Origin: a bacterium ADurb.Bin212
Lineage (GTDB): Bacteria > Patescibacteriota > UBA1384 > XYA2-FULL-43-10
DNA length: 64,000 nt
NCBI GenBank assembly: GCA_002070055.1
Contig: MWCM01000001.1
Location: 16,308 to 80,307 of the forward strand
Reading direction: 5' to 3'
Below are positions 35,270 through 44,651 of this stretch, piece by piece. A program made the translations under genes and the position numbers. The notes beneath the pieces were generated by a model. The model was not told where the DNA came from and ran no database searches. It saw nothing but the letters and a program-made list of their open reading frames with translations. How positions within the stretch are numbered: position 1 is the stretch's first letter; each line of letters opens with the position of its first letter.

Positions 35270-37879
35270 TTAATTCTTGGTTGCTCTCCAAACTTCTTCC
35301 ATGCTGGTGATGCCCTCAGAGGCTTTGATAATTCCATCTTGAATCATGGTAACCATACCTTGGCTGATGGCCAGATTGTTAAGCTCGTCGGATGAAACTC
35401 GTTTCAAAATTTGCTGTTGCATCTCCGGTGTTACATCCAACACCTCATATATGCCTAATCTGCCTTTGTAGCCGGAGTTATCACAACTTTTACATCCTTT
35501 GCCCTTGTAGAATTTCAACTCCTGGCTCTGAATCTGATTTTTCTCTGCCGATGGCATTTTATCAATCTCTTTGTTGATCTCGGCAATCTCTTCATCCGGC
35601 AATTGAATCTCCTCTTTGCAATCCTGGCACAGGGTTCTAACTAAACGTTGGCCCACAACCACGTTGATAGAGGAGGTTATAAGGAAGGGTTCGACTCCCA
35701 TGTCGATCATTCTAGGGGCGGCCCCAGCCGCGTCGTTGGTGTGCAGGGTGGACAAAACCACATGCCCCGTTAATGCCGCGTGAACGGCCATCTCAGCGGT
35801 TTCTCTGTCTCTTATTTCTCCTAGCATTATAATGTCTGGATCTTGTCTTAAAATGGATCTTAGACCGGCTGCAAAGGTGTAGCCGATTTCAGAATTAACT
35901 TGGCTTTGGTTAATACCTTTCATCTGATATTCAATCGGATCTTCCAGCGTGATAATATTTACACCTTCGGTATAAACCTTTTGGATCATGGCGTATAGAG
36001 AGGTGCTTTTGCCACTGCCCGTTGGACCTGTTACCAAAACCATGCCGTGGCTTTTAGTCAAGTTTGCCTCAAGCGCCTTCAGGCCGCTACCTCTTATTCC
36101 AAGCTGCTCTATGGTTAAAATGCCACTATCTTTGTCCAAAATTCTCATTACAATCTTTTCGCCAAATGCAACCGGCATGCTTGAAACGCGGAAATCAACA
36201 CGGCGACTATCGACGTGCATGTTGAATCTGCCATCTTGAGGTACTCTTTGCTCATCAATTTTCATGTTGCACAAAATCTTGATTCGGGATATAACAGCTG
36301 CTTGAATCTCCTTAGGCAAAGAAACCTTTTTTCTTAAAACACCGTCTAGACGGAAACGGACTTCAACTTCTTTCTCTGTTGGTTCAATATGAACATCTGA
36401 AGCCTTGTCTCTTATGGCTCTTTTCAAAAGCGATGAAACAATTTTGGCGGCCGGAGCGTCATCGCTGACCGTCTCGACAATCTGTTTGGACTCATTATTT
36501 TCTTCGCTCTTTTCATCCTCCTCTTCGGCAGTGGCTATTGCGCTTGACACCTCGCTCTCCAGATCTTGGTATTGGCTTAGAACAGAGTTAATATCTGATT
36601 CTGTTGCTAAAAAGAGCTTAATCTTCTCGCCTAATAATCTTTTAATCATCTCTCTTGTTTCGACATCTTCAGGATCCACCATGGCGATGCTAATAACGCC
36701 ATCATTCTCTTCAAAGGCTACAGATTTATACGATCTGGCGATATTTTCCGGAATTTTAGAGAGTAATTCTTTCGGCACAATAAAATTATTAAGATCTTTA
36801 TATTCGATTTTGGTTTTGTCGAAATTAAAAGAGCCTTCAGCACCTGAGAATATTGAGGCATGTTGTTCGTTGGGAGTAGGGGGAAGTGAATCCTGGTTTA
36901 CCTCCGTATTTGCGCCTAATGTATCTTGGTTGGGTTGTCCCAGCTCCTCTTTGATATTGTTAATCTTCTCTTCAGCGTTCTGACTAGCTTCTACAGGAAC
37001 GATATTAACCGGCGTTGCTTCTGCTTTAGCGGAGTTTTTGTCAAAGATACCGAATTCTGCCATATTTACTGGAGTTTTGACTTCTTCATTAGAAGCAGGC
37101 TGGTTACTGTTTTCTGGAGCAGCGTCATCCTTAATTTGATCGCCAATTTCCTGATTTTTTTTGCCAAATCCCAGTTTATTCTTAAGAAGGCTCAGGGCAC
37201 TTTGACCTTGACTTTGTTGGTCAGTTGGTTGAGTTTCCTTGTTTTCTTGCTCTGGTTGATGGTTGTGGGCTTTGATACTGCCTTTAACAGTCGAAAACTC
37301 CCTGCTACCATCGCTTAAAATCTCCTCAAAAATGTTAACAGGCTTTTGCCTGCTTTCTGATGTTTGCGAGTGATATTTTTCTATGTCATCTTCGTGGTGT
37401 TTGCTTGGCTTGTTTTCTGATTCTTGACTGTTCGATGGGTGATCAATATTGATGACCTCAATTTCGTCTGCAGGTTTGTTAAATCCCTCTGATATATCGT
37501 TTTCAGTTTTTTTCTTGCTGTTATTAACGTTTATTTTAATCTCCTCTGAAAAGGATTCTTCCGCAGCTTTCTCCTCAAGGTCGTTCTGGTCGCTAATCTC
37601 TTCTCTTCCAGAAACCGCCCTTTTCAAATTGCTGGCGGGCATCCACTTTATTACTCTAGTAGGTAACATAATGAGTTTTTTGCCGTTCTTGGGGTGATTT
37701 ATTGTTTTGGACGGATATTCGATATCATAAAAAGAACCAAAATTTGAATAAACAACTTTTTGGCCGTTGCAAAGTGCCTCTTTAACCACAGCCCCAAAAG
37801 CGATAATGAGGTTCTCTGACTGTCTTTTTGACAGAGAAGTTTTTTTGGCTATGGCCTTAGCTAGATCGCTACGATTCAT
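35270..37879 (-). CDS. pilB: fusion: HU/IHF-like DNA-binding domain, acidic low-complexity linker, then PilB/GspE extension ATPase
   Basis: N-terminal roughly 90 aa, MNRSDLAKAIAKKTSLSKRQSENLIIAFGAVVKEALCNGQKVVYSNFGSFY...NGKKLIMLPTRVIKW, aligns with the bacterial HU fold. About 350 aa of Glu/Ser/Asn-rich linker follow, then a GspE_N domain, Walker A VLVTGPTGSGKST, and a CQDC...CKSC zinc motif. Start at ATG 37879 after a GGAGGGG RBS; the track start is an upstream TTG. Confidence 0.7.
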   Translation of the reverse strand: MNRSDLAKAIAKKTSLSKRQSENLIIAFGAVVKEALCNGQKVVYSNFGSFYDIEYPSKTINHPKNGKKLIMLPTRVIKWMPASNLKRAVSGREEISDQNDLEEKAAEESFSEEIKINVNNSKKKTENDISEGFNKPADEIEVINIDHPSNSQESENKPSKHHEDDIEKYHSQTSESRQKPVNIFEEILSDGSREFSTVKGSIKAHNHQPEQENKETQPTDQQSQGQSALSLLKNKLGFGKKNQEIGDQIKDDAAPENSNQPASNEEVKTPVNMAEFGIFDKNSAKAEATPVNIVPVEASQNAEEKINNIKEELGQPNQDTLGANTEVNQDSLPPTPNEQHASIFSGAEGSFNFDKTKIEYKDLNNFIVPKELLSKIPENIARSYKSVAFEENDGVISIAMVDPEDVETREMIKRLLGEKIKLFLATESDINSVLSQYQDLESEVSSAIATAEEEDEKSEENNESKQIVETVSDDAPAAKIVSSLLKRAIRDKASDVHIEPTEKEVEVRFRLDGVLRKKVSLPKEIQAAVISRIKILCNMKIDEQRVPQDGRFNMHVDSRRVDFRVSSMPVAFGEKIVMRILDKDSGILTIEQLGIRGSGLKALEANLTKSHGMVLVTGPTGSGKSTSLYAMIQKVYTEGVNIITLEDPIEYQMKGINQSQVNSEIGYTFAAGLRSILRQDPDIIMLGEIRDRETAEMAVHAALTGHVVLSTLHTNDAAGAAPRMIDMGVEPFLITSSINVVVGQRLVRTLCQDCKEEIQLPDEEIAEINKEIDKMPSAEKNQIQSQELKFYKGKGCKSCDNSGYKGRLGIYEVLDVTPEMQQQILKRVSSDELNNLAISQGMVTMIQDGIIKASEGITSMEEVWRATKN

Positions 37880-38276
37880 GCCCCTCCGTAATGAGTTAAC
37901 AAGATGTCTGGAAATGAAAAATCCCCTCCAAAAACAGTATAACAACCGCTCTTGGACAAAGCAATATTTATATGGAAAACAGACGATTTTGACTTACCGT
38001 TTAGTTGGACTCGCGCTTAAATTGTCGCTTGCTCTTAATAATATTAGTTAAATATTTTTCCTTGCTAAATTTGTCACTTAAAAAATTATTATGTTCACAT
38101 CTCTTGGGACAAACTGGGGATAAATTCGGGCTATTTCTTGATTAAAATATAGCTATTAGCTTTTGGAGCAACAAAATATACATCTCGACACGAGTTATGT
38201 GCGGCGATGGTAAGTAGAGGATATAATAAGATTGATTTGAAGCGCAACAATATTGAGATTTTTATTTTGATTTTCT

Positions 38277-39962
38277 ATGACGCTATATCGTAAATACAGG
38301 CCACAAAATTTCAAAGATTTATACGGTCAGGATCACATTCGAGATACCTTGCTTCAAGCTGTTAAAGAAGATAGATTGTCTCAGGCCTACCTCTTTGCTG
38401 GTCCGCGTGGTACAGGAAAAACTTCTACCGCCAGATTAATTGCTAGGGTTGCCAATTGTTTAGAAATAGACAAAAACAGGAAAACGGGGGAGATCAAAAG
38501 TGGCGAGCCCTGTGGAAAGTGCCTGAACTGTTTAGATATTTTAGAGGGGAGATCTTTAGACATAATTGAGATCGATGCGGCCTCAAATCGTGGTATAGAC
38601 GAGATCCGCCAGCTTCGAGAACAAGTCAAGTTTGCTCCTGCCAGTGGCAAATATAAGATTTATATAATTGACGAAGTTCATATGTTGACCCGCGAGGCAT
38701 TTAACGCCTTGCTTAAAACTCTAGAGGAACCGCCAACTCATGCTATTTTTATCCTCGCTACCACCGAACCTCAAAAAGTTTTGCCAACCATTATCTCTAG
38801 AACTCAGCGCTTTGATTTTGGCCGAATATCACTTACCAGTCTGACAGATAATTTGGAGCGCGTAGCTAAGGCAGAGAAGTTTAACTACAGCAGAGATGCC
38901 CTAGAGATTATAGCGCATATGGCAGAGGGTGGCGGCAGAGATTCTTTGTCTTTGCTTGAGCAAGTCTCATCTTATTCAAACGATATTTCTGTTGATAATG
39001 TTAAGAAAATTCTCGGTTTGACTGAATCGGGTCAGGTGATTGGGCTTATACGGGCGATTTTTAATTGCGAAGCGGAGGAGGGATTAAAAATCGCCCAGGG
39101 CCTTTACGACAGCGGAAGTAATATTGCCCAACTTAACAACTCCATTTTGGGTGTTTTGCGGAAAATTCTTAATTGGTTGGTTGCTGGTGATTTTTTGATT
39201 GATGATACTGCCGAAAATAAAAAAAATTTGGCTGATCTTTGTTCTGCTGTAAAGAATCGTTACCCCCAAAATTCCACTTCCTCTGTGCTTGCTGTTATTC
39301 GTGAATTTGTCGAGGCAAATAAAAATCTTAAAGAAACAGTCGATCCTCTTATGGCAATTGAGGTGGCCATTGTCAGTTCAACTGAGTCTTTAAAACCATC
39401 TTTGAATATGGGGAGTGAATTCAAGAAAGCTTCTGACCCTGCCAAGGTTTTAACGGTTGCCAGTAAAGAACAAAAAGATCCGGACGCCGCCTTAAACGAC
39501 AAAGAGTTTAAATTAAAGGTCCAAAATGATAAGCTCTCCGACAAAAAAGATTTTTCCAATGATCAAGATTCCTCCAACAAAAAGGTAGACGTGAGCGTAT
39601 CACAAGAGGCTCCATTACCTTCAGATAGTCCGTCTGCACTTCTAAGCGATTTGCCTGATGATATCTGGGGTGAGGTAATAGGTGCTTTAAAAAAAGATAA
39701 CTCTACTTTAGCCGCCTTATTAAAAGATGCCAGGCCAATAACTGTTGAAAGCGGCAAAGTTGTCTTGGGGGTTCGTTTTAAATTTCATAAAGACAAGATC
39801 AGCGAAGCCAAGAATTTAAAGTTGCTTGAGGGTGTTATTTGTTCTGTTACCAAGAGTAACTGTCGTGTGATGTGCGAAATCGCCAACTTTTCCAGCCAGC
39901 CCAAAAAAGCGGCCAGCGACGATGAACTGGCAGAAGAGGCTGAGAAGGTTTTTGGGGAATAA
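38277..39962 (+). CDS. dnaX: DNA polymerase III subunit gamma/tau
   Basis: YRPQNFKDLYGQDHI...AYLFAGPRGTGKTS (Walker A), the zinc module CGKCLNC, and the clamp-loader motif IYIIDEVHMLT. Confidence 0.85.
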   Translation: MTLYRKYRPQNFKDLYGQDHIRDTLLQAVKEDRLSQAYLFAGPRGTGKTSTARLIARVANCLEIDKNRKTGEIKSGEPCGKCLNCLDILEGRSLDIIEIDAASNRGIDEIRQLREQVKFAPASGKYKIYIIDEVHMLTREAFNALLKTLEEPPTHAIFILATTEPQKVLPTIISRTQRFDFGRISLTSLTDNLERVAKAEKFNYSRDALEIIAHMAEGGGRDSLSLLEQVSSYSNDISVDNVKKILGLTESGQVIGLIRAIFNCEAEEGLKIAQGLYDSGSNIAQLNNSILGVLRKILNWLVAGDFLIDDTAENKKNLADLCSAVKNRYPQNSTSSVLAVIREFVEANKNLKETVDPLMAIEVAIVSSTESLKPSLNMGSEFKKASDPAKVLTVASKEQKDPDAALNDKEFKLKVQNDKLSDKKDFSNDQDSSNKKVDVSVSQEAPLPSDSPSALLSDLPDDIWGEVIGALKKDNSTLAALLKDARPITVESGKVVLGVRFKFHKDKISEAKNLKLLEGVICSVTKSNCRVMCEIANFSSQPKKAASDDELAEEAEKVFGE

Positions 39963-40066
39963 TTTAAACTGAGTTTTGAATGTTAAAGTTAAAATGCTTA
40001 AACTATATAAATTGTAAATTGGACATTTATTAAAAATTGCTAAATTGAAAATTCAAAACAATAAAT

Positions 40067-41491
40067 ATGCCCAAAGAACAAGCAAAAAATTTTAAAAAAG
40101 ATGGCAAGCGCAAAGTATCTCTACCTGCCGGTGTTCGGATTCCGCCGCAAAACCTGGATGCTGAGAGGAGTATTCTTGGCGCCTCTCTTCTTGATAAAAA
40201 TGCCTTAATCAAAATTATTGATATTGTTACCGCACAAGATTTTTACGACGAGAATCACGGCTTAATATTTGAGGCAATGCTGACTTTATTCGAGAAGCGT
40301 CGCCCGATTGATATTGTAACCTTAACCGAGCAATTGGAGTCCGAAAAGATTTTAGACCAAGTTGGCGGCGCAAGCTATTTAACAGATTTAGTAAATGGCA
40401 CTCCCAGTGCGGCTAATGTTGTTCATTATGCCAAAATTGTTTCAGATAAGGCGGTTCTTCGGAGATTGATCGAAGCATCATCTAATATCTCCGAGCTTGG
40501 TTTCGACGAAGACGCCGAAATATCTGAAACGCTGGACAAAGCAGAACAATCCCTATTTGCCGTTTCACAAAAATTTATGAAAGATAAATTTGTGGCGGTT
40601 AAAGATATCTTAACCGAGGCATTCGATAGAATCGACAAAATACACAAAGATAAAGATAAGGGCGCGCTTCGTGGTGTACCCTCCGGTTTTAGAGATTTAG
40701 ATGCAATAACGGCGGGTTTTCAAAAATCAGATTTAATTATTCTGGCGGCACGTCCCTCAATGGGTAAAACTTCTATTGTCCTGAATATTGCCGAACATAT
40801 TGCCATAGAAGAAAAGATCCCGGTGGGTATTTTTTCCTTAGAGATGAGTAAAGAGCAGTTGGTGGACCGTCTATTATCTTCTCAGGCGGGGGTAGATTCG
40901 TGGAAATTGCGCACCGGTAATCTTTCTGATGAAGACTTCCCACGCATCGGTTACGCTATGGGTGTGCTCTCTGAAGCTCCGATGTATTTTGATGATACAC
41001 CTGGTCAAAATGTAATGGAGATTCGCGCCAAGGCTCGCCGCTTACAAATGGAACATGGTCTCGGTTTGATAATTATCGACTATCTTCAATTGATGGAGGG
41101 CAGGTCCAAGGGTGGCGACCCGAACCGTGTGCAGGAGATATCCGAGATCTCCCGTTCGCTTAAAGGCTTGGCTCGTGAACTTAATGTGCCGGTTATCGCT
41201 CTGTCACAGCTTTCTCGTGCCGTAGAGCATCGTCCCGATAAGCGCCCTCAGTTATCCGACCTACGTGAATCTGGCTCAATAGAACAAGATGCTGATGTAG
41301 TAATGTTTCTTTATCGCGACGAATATTACGATCCGGAAACGGACAAGAAAGGCATTACCGAGATTTTAATTAAAAAACACAGAAACGGTCCTACCGGTTT
41401 TGTGGAGGTTTATTTTCAACCGGAGCAGATGCGCTTCCGCGATCTGGAGAAAAGACGCGATGGAAGCTCGCCTCCGCCCGACGATTTCTAA
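40067..41491 (+). CDS. dnaB: replicative DNA helicase DnaB
   Basis: LPPQNLDAERSILG (N-terminal domain), Walker A AARPSMGKTS, IIIDYLQLM, and the H4 motif SQLSRAVE. Confidence 0.9.
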   Translation: MPKEQAKNFKKDGKRKVSLPAGVRIPPQNLDAERSILGASLLDKNALIKIIDIVTAQDFYDENHGLIFEAMLTLFEKRRPIDIVTLTEQLESEKILDQVGGASYLTDLVNGTPSAANVVHYAKIVSDKAVLRRLIEASSNISELGFDEDAEISETLDKAEQSLFAVSQKFMKDKFVAVKDILTEAFDRIDKIHKDKDKGALRGVPSGFRDLDAITAGFQKSDLIILAARPSMGKTSIVLNIAEHIAIEEKIPVGIFSLEMSKEQLVDRLLSSQAGVDSWKLRTGNLSDEDFPRIGYAMGVLSEAPMYFDDTPGQNVMEIRAKARRLQMEHGLGLIIIDYLQLMEGRSKGGDPNRVQEISEISRSLKGLARELNVPVIALSQLSRAVEHRPDKRPQLSDLRESGSIEQDADVVMFLYRDEYYDPETDKKGITEILIKKHRNGPTGFVEVYFQPEQMRFRDLEKRRDGSSPPPDDF

Positions 41492-41617
41492 GTCGAATAA
41501 TTAATTACGATTAATTAGACTTTGCGACAAGGATATAATCTTTCAATCACGACTCTTTTATAATCAACCAAAATATCCTAGAATGTAACGAGTTACTTAA
41601 TTTTGAGGGGACAAATA

Positions 41618-43495
41618 ATGAAAAGAACTATTACAATCATTGCATCCTGCATTGTCTTATTAGTTGTGTCGGTCGTGATTATTAGGGCTGTTAACGGTAA
41701 TAAGCCCAAAGCAGACATCACAATGATGAATAATATGTGTAATTCGGCGATTGCCGGCGATTGCGCAATTGATTTAATAGTAGTAAATGTTGATAAGCCA
41801 GGTGGGTCTTCTGGCAGGGACGGCTATATTACCGCCTATAACAAAGATGGCAAAACGGTTGTTTCCAGTGCTGTGAAATTAGCTTCTGATACCTTTCAAC
41901 AAATCGGAGAACCGTCGCAATTCGCGGCTGGGAACGATATACAAATGACACCTTTGGGTGTTTATAGCACCGGTTCGGTCTGGGCTTCCTCGGTTAACGA
42001 TCCGGACGGCTATGTTCAGCATCCAAATATTTCCGACAATTCAGTTTTTGGCTCTTTATTTATTGAGTTATCTGGCATTCCTGTTGATGGAGGGTCACCA
42101 CTGTGTGGCCTTAACGACCCGAGTTCGGCAACCTGCCGACATATTGGGATTCATAGCGGTGCTAATCTTAACACGCCTACTCATGGTTGTATAAAGACAG
42201 AAAACGATGTTGTGAGAAAAATCGCCAAAAATCTGAATGGGGCTAAAGTTGTCGTGACAGATATTGAGTTAGCCGGTGACGCAGCCCCTGTTGATTTCGA
42301 AAGCTATGATCCAAATTTTTCAAGCCCTTTCAAAATTATCAAAAATGATTGGAATCCTTCTTTTTCTGTTTCTGCATTAGATGGCCAACCTCTAGGAAAA
42401 GTTCACGATTTTGGAAGATGGTGGATTGCCGAGGTGGCAAAACCGAGTGGTAGGTATGAAATTAAATCAAGTGCGGCTGGATATCAGACAGGGGAAACAG
42501 TAGCAAATTTTGTTAGAGAAACAGCTGCTGGCGGTACATTGGGTGCTTTTAAGGAGAAACTCGGAGGCACTAGTCTGGTGTTGGGATTGCCACTCATGGA
42601 TGGTAACTACTCGCGCTATTTCGGGTCTTTTTATCATAATGGTTACATTGAGGAGTTAAGGTTTAGTGCTTGGGATATCTCTTATACCAACCAATATTTG
42701 CCGGATGTTAGCACTGCAAAGATCATTCTACCGATTGCCAACTCTTATCCAAAGTGTCCGGCAAAAACTTCTTCCAATCAATACATGATGGGGGATCCGA
42801 ACTGTAATAAATCGTTAGTTAGTAGTTTTGCGATTTATGCAATAACTACACCTTGGCATGATCTGGGGTATGGTTCGAGAAACGGTTTAGAGGGAGGTTC
42901 TGGCAGGGAGATTGCAAGCTTTAGTTATGATTATACTAATCCGCAATCTTCCATAACTGTCACCGCCGACCTTTCTAAACTGACTGAATCTGAAAAGAAA
43001 GCCATGTATACATGGGGTATTGCAATCTCCCAGAAACAGAAAGTCAATCATAGTGTTAATGACTATTTGGTTATGATAGACACTCATCGAAATGATATTC
43101 ATGTCAATCAAGTTGATCCTTTTATTCAGCCTGAGCTTGATGGTGAAGAGGGAAATTCTCCCAACACTCAAATTGCGGCACCAGTCACAACTCCGTCTGC
43201 ACCGGCTCCTATACCAATTGAGGCTGCGCCAAACAATGTTAGCACTCCCGGCTTGTTTTTCGGGCCTGCCGTCACATCGCCATCTGCTTGGGACCCAATA
43301 AATATATTTAACACTGCTCCTATTCCTGTTCCTGTTAGCAATACATCGGCTTGGAATATTAATTATAATGGTGAATCATTTACTATTACCGCTGCGCAAC
43401 CAGTAAAATATCAGAGCCTCGTTGATTATCTTAATCCTGTTAAATGGTTTGCCCCTGAGCCACAGCCTGTTGGTTTATTTCAACCTCCCCTTTAA
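41618..43495 (+). CDS. L,D-transpeptidase (YkuD) domain-containing secreted protein
   Basis: N-terminal TM/signal, then IGIHSGANLNTPTHGCIKTEN matching the YkuD H...(S/T)HGC catalytic motif; long C-terminal extension of unknown function. Confidence 0.55.
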   Translation: MKRTITIIASCIVLLVVSVVIIRAVNGNKPKADITMMNNMCNSAIAGDCAIDLIVVNVDKPGGSSGRDGYITAYNKDGKTVVSSAVKLASDTFQQIGEPSQFAAGNDIQMTPLGVYSTGSVWASSVNDPDGYVQHPNISDNSVFGSLFIELSGIPVDGGSPLCGLNDPSSATCRHIGIHSGANLNTPTHGCIKTENDVVRKIAKNLNGAKVVVTDIELAGDAAPVDFESYDPNFSSPFKIIKNDWNPSFSVSALDGQPLGKVHDFGRWWIAEVAKPSGRYEIKSSAAGYQTGETVANFVRETAAGGTLGAFKEKLGGTSLVLGLPLMDGNYSRYFGSFYHNGYIEELRFSAWDISYTNQYLPDVSTAKIILPIANSYPKCPAKTSSNQYMMGDPNCNKSLVSSFAIYAITTPWHDLGYGSRNGLEGGSGREIASFSYDYTNPQSSITVTADLSKLTESEKKAMYTWGIAISQKQKVNHSVNDYLVMIDTHRNDIHVNQVDPFIQPELDGEEGNSPNTQIAAPVTTPSAPAPIPIEAAPNNVSTPGLFFGPAVTSPSAWDPINIFNTAPIPVPVSNTSAWNINYNGESFTITAAQPVKYQSLVDYLNPVKWFAPEPQPVGLFQPPL

Positions 43496-43803
43496 GAGAT
43501 TTCAATTTGGAATAGATATTATATCAAAGCAAAAAATGGTTCTTTGTATGCCATGACAACCTGTTATTATGGCTAAAATAGTGTATAGAAAATATCTATA
43601 AAAAGTTGGATATATTATGTCTGGTATTTGATAAAGTTTTTGTTAGATTATTATTATCCCACAATATGTCTTGACAAATACCCGGTATAGCAGTACAATG
43701 TTATAATCACTAAAAAAGTGATGGCACACAAAAAATCAAATACAATATTAGGTCTGGAGGGGCCAATAATAACAAGCTACTAGCTATTAGTTACTAGCTG
43801 TTA

Positions 43804-43838
43804 GAAAAAAAGCTTCTCCACACAGAGAAGCTTTTTTT
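43804..43838. terminator. bidirectional terminator hairpin (AAGCTTCTC..GAGAAGCTT flanked by A7 and T7)
   Basis: Perfect 9-bp stem with A and T tracts. Confidence 0.55.
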
Positions 43839-44411
43839 GCATGAGTGAGATGGGGCCAAGAGGCGGCCGCTCCCACCGCTTCTTACAGGAAGACAAAATA
43901 CTAATCGAAAAAATAAGTGATTATAAATTGTCTTCCTCCCAGCTCGTTCCTGCAAAAAAAATACTTAAGAGAAAACTTAAGAAAAAATATCAGTAAATAA
44001 AAAAAACAGTAAAAACAAACAAACTGAAAAAGAAAAAACTGATAAAAACACAGAAAATCAAAGAAATCGAAGAAAAAACCAGAAAAACAAGAAAAAAGCA
44101 CATTAAAAACAAAAAAAGCAGGAAACAAAACAAAAACGAGGGATATAAGTCAAAATATCTTTTGTTACCAAAATGGTAATAAGGGATACCACAAACGACT
44201 TAAAACGCCATTTATGGTACCCCTCATGGGTGTAATTTACGTCACCGGGCAATAATTTAAAATATATTTGTTCCCGATAAGCTGACAAATAAATTGCACC
44301 CAATCAAAAGAGTTCATCTTAGAGATGAGCTTTTTTGTTATATTTGCGGGACCATAAATATGTGATAATATGAAAAGTAAGATAAATCATACTAATATTA
44401 AGGAGTTCATA

Positions 44412-44651
44412 ATGAAAAAAATTGTTACAGAATTTTACGGCACTGGGACAGTTGGGGAGAGGGGGCAGATAGTAATTCCGGCGGAGGCACGTAGCAATAT
44501 GAAAATTAAATCAGGGGACAAGTTTGTCTTTATCGGCCACGGCTCGATACTTCACATTTTACCGGCTGACGCTATGGACAAGATTTTCTGCAAAATTCAT
44601 CAAAGCTTCGAAGAAGCGGTAGGAAAAACCAGAAAGGAACAAAATGATTAA
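44412..44651 (+). CDS. AbrB/MazE/SpoVT-family DNA-binding protein
   Basis: GTVGERGQIVIPAEARSNMKIKSGDKFVF is the swapped-hairpin AbrB-type domain. Start at ATG 44412 after an AAGGAG RBS. Overlaps the start of the downstream MFS gene. Confidence 0.65.
   Translation: MKKIVTEFYGTGTVGERGQIVIPAEARSNMKIKSGDKFVFIGHGSILHILPADAMDKIFCKIHQSFEEAVGKTRKEQND

Noticed and set aside
35270-37945. HU and PilB as two separate genes
   Set aside because: There is no stop codon anywhere between the HU-like segment and the ATPase in this frame, so one ORF is reported (with the caveat that it needs read-level verification).
43901-44303. Minus-strand ORFs 43901-44128 and 44103-44303 (poly-Phe proteins)
   Set aside because: They are an artefact of translating the complement of a T-depleted A-rich tract. 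No RBS and extreme low complexity.
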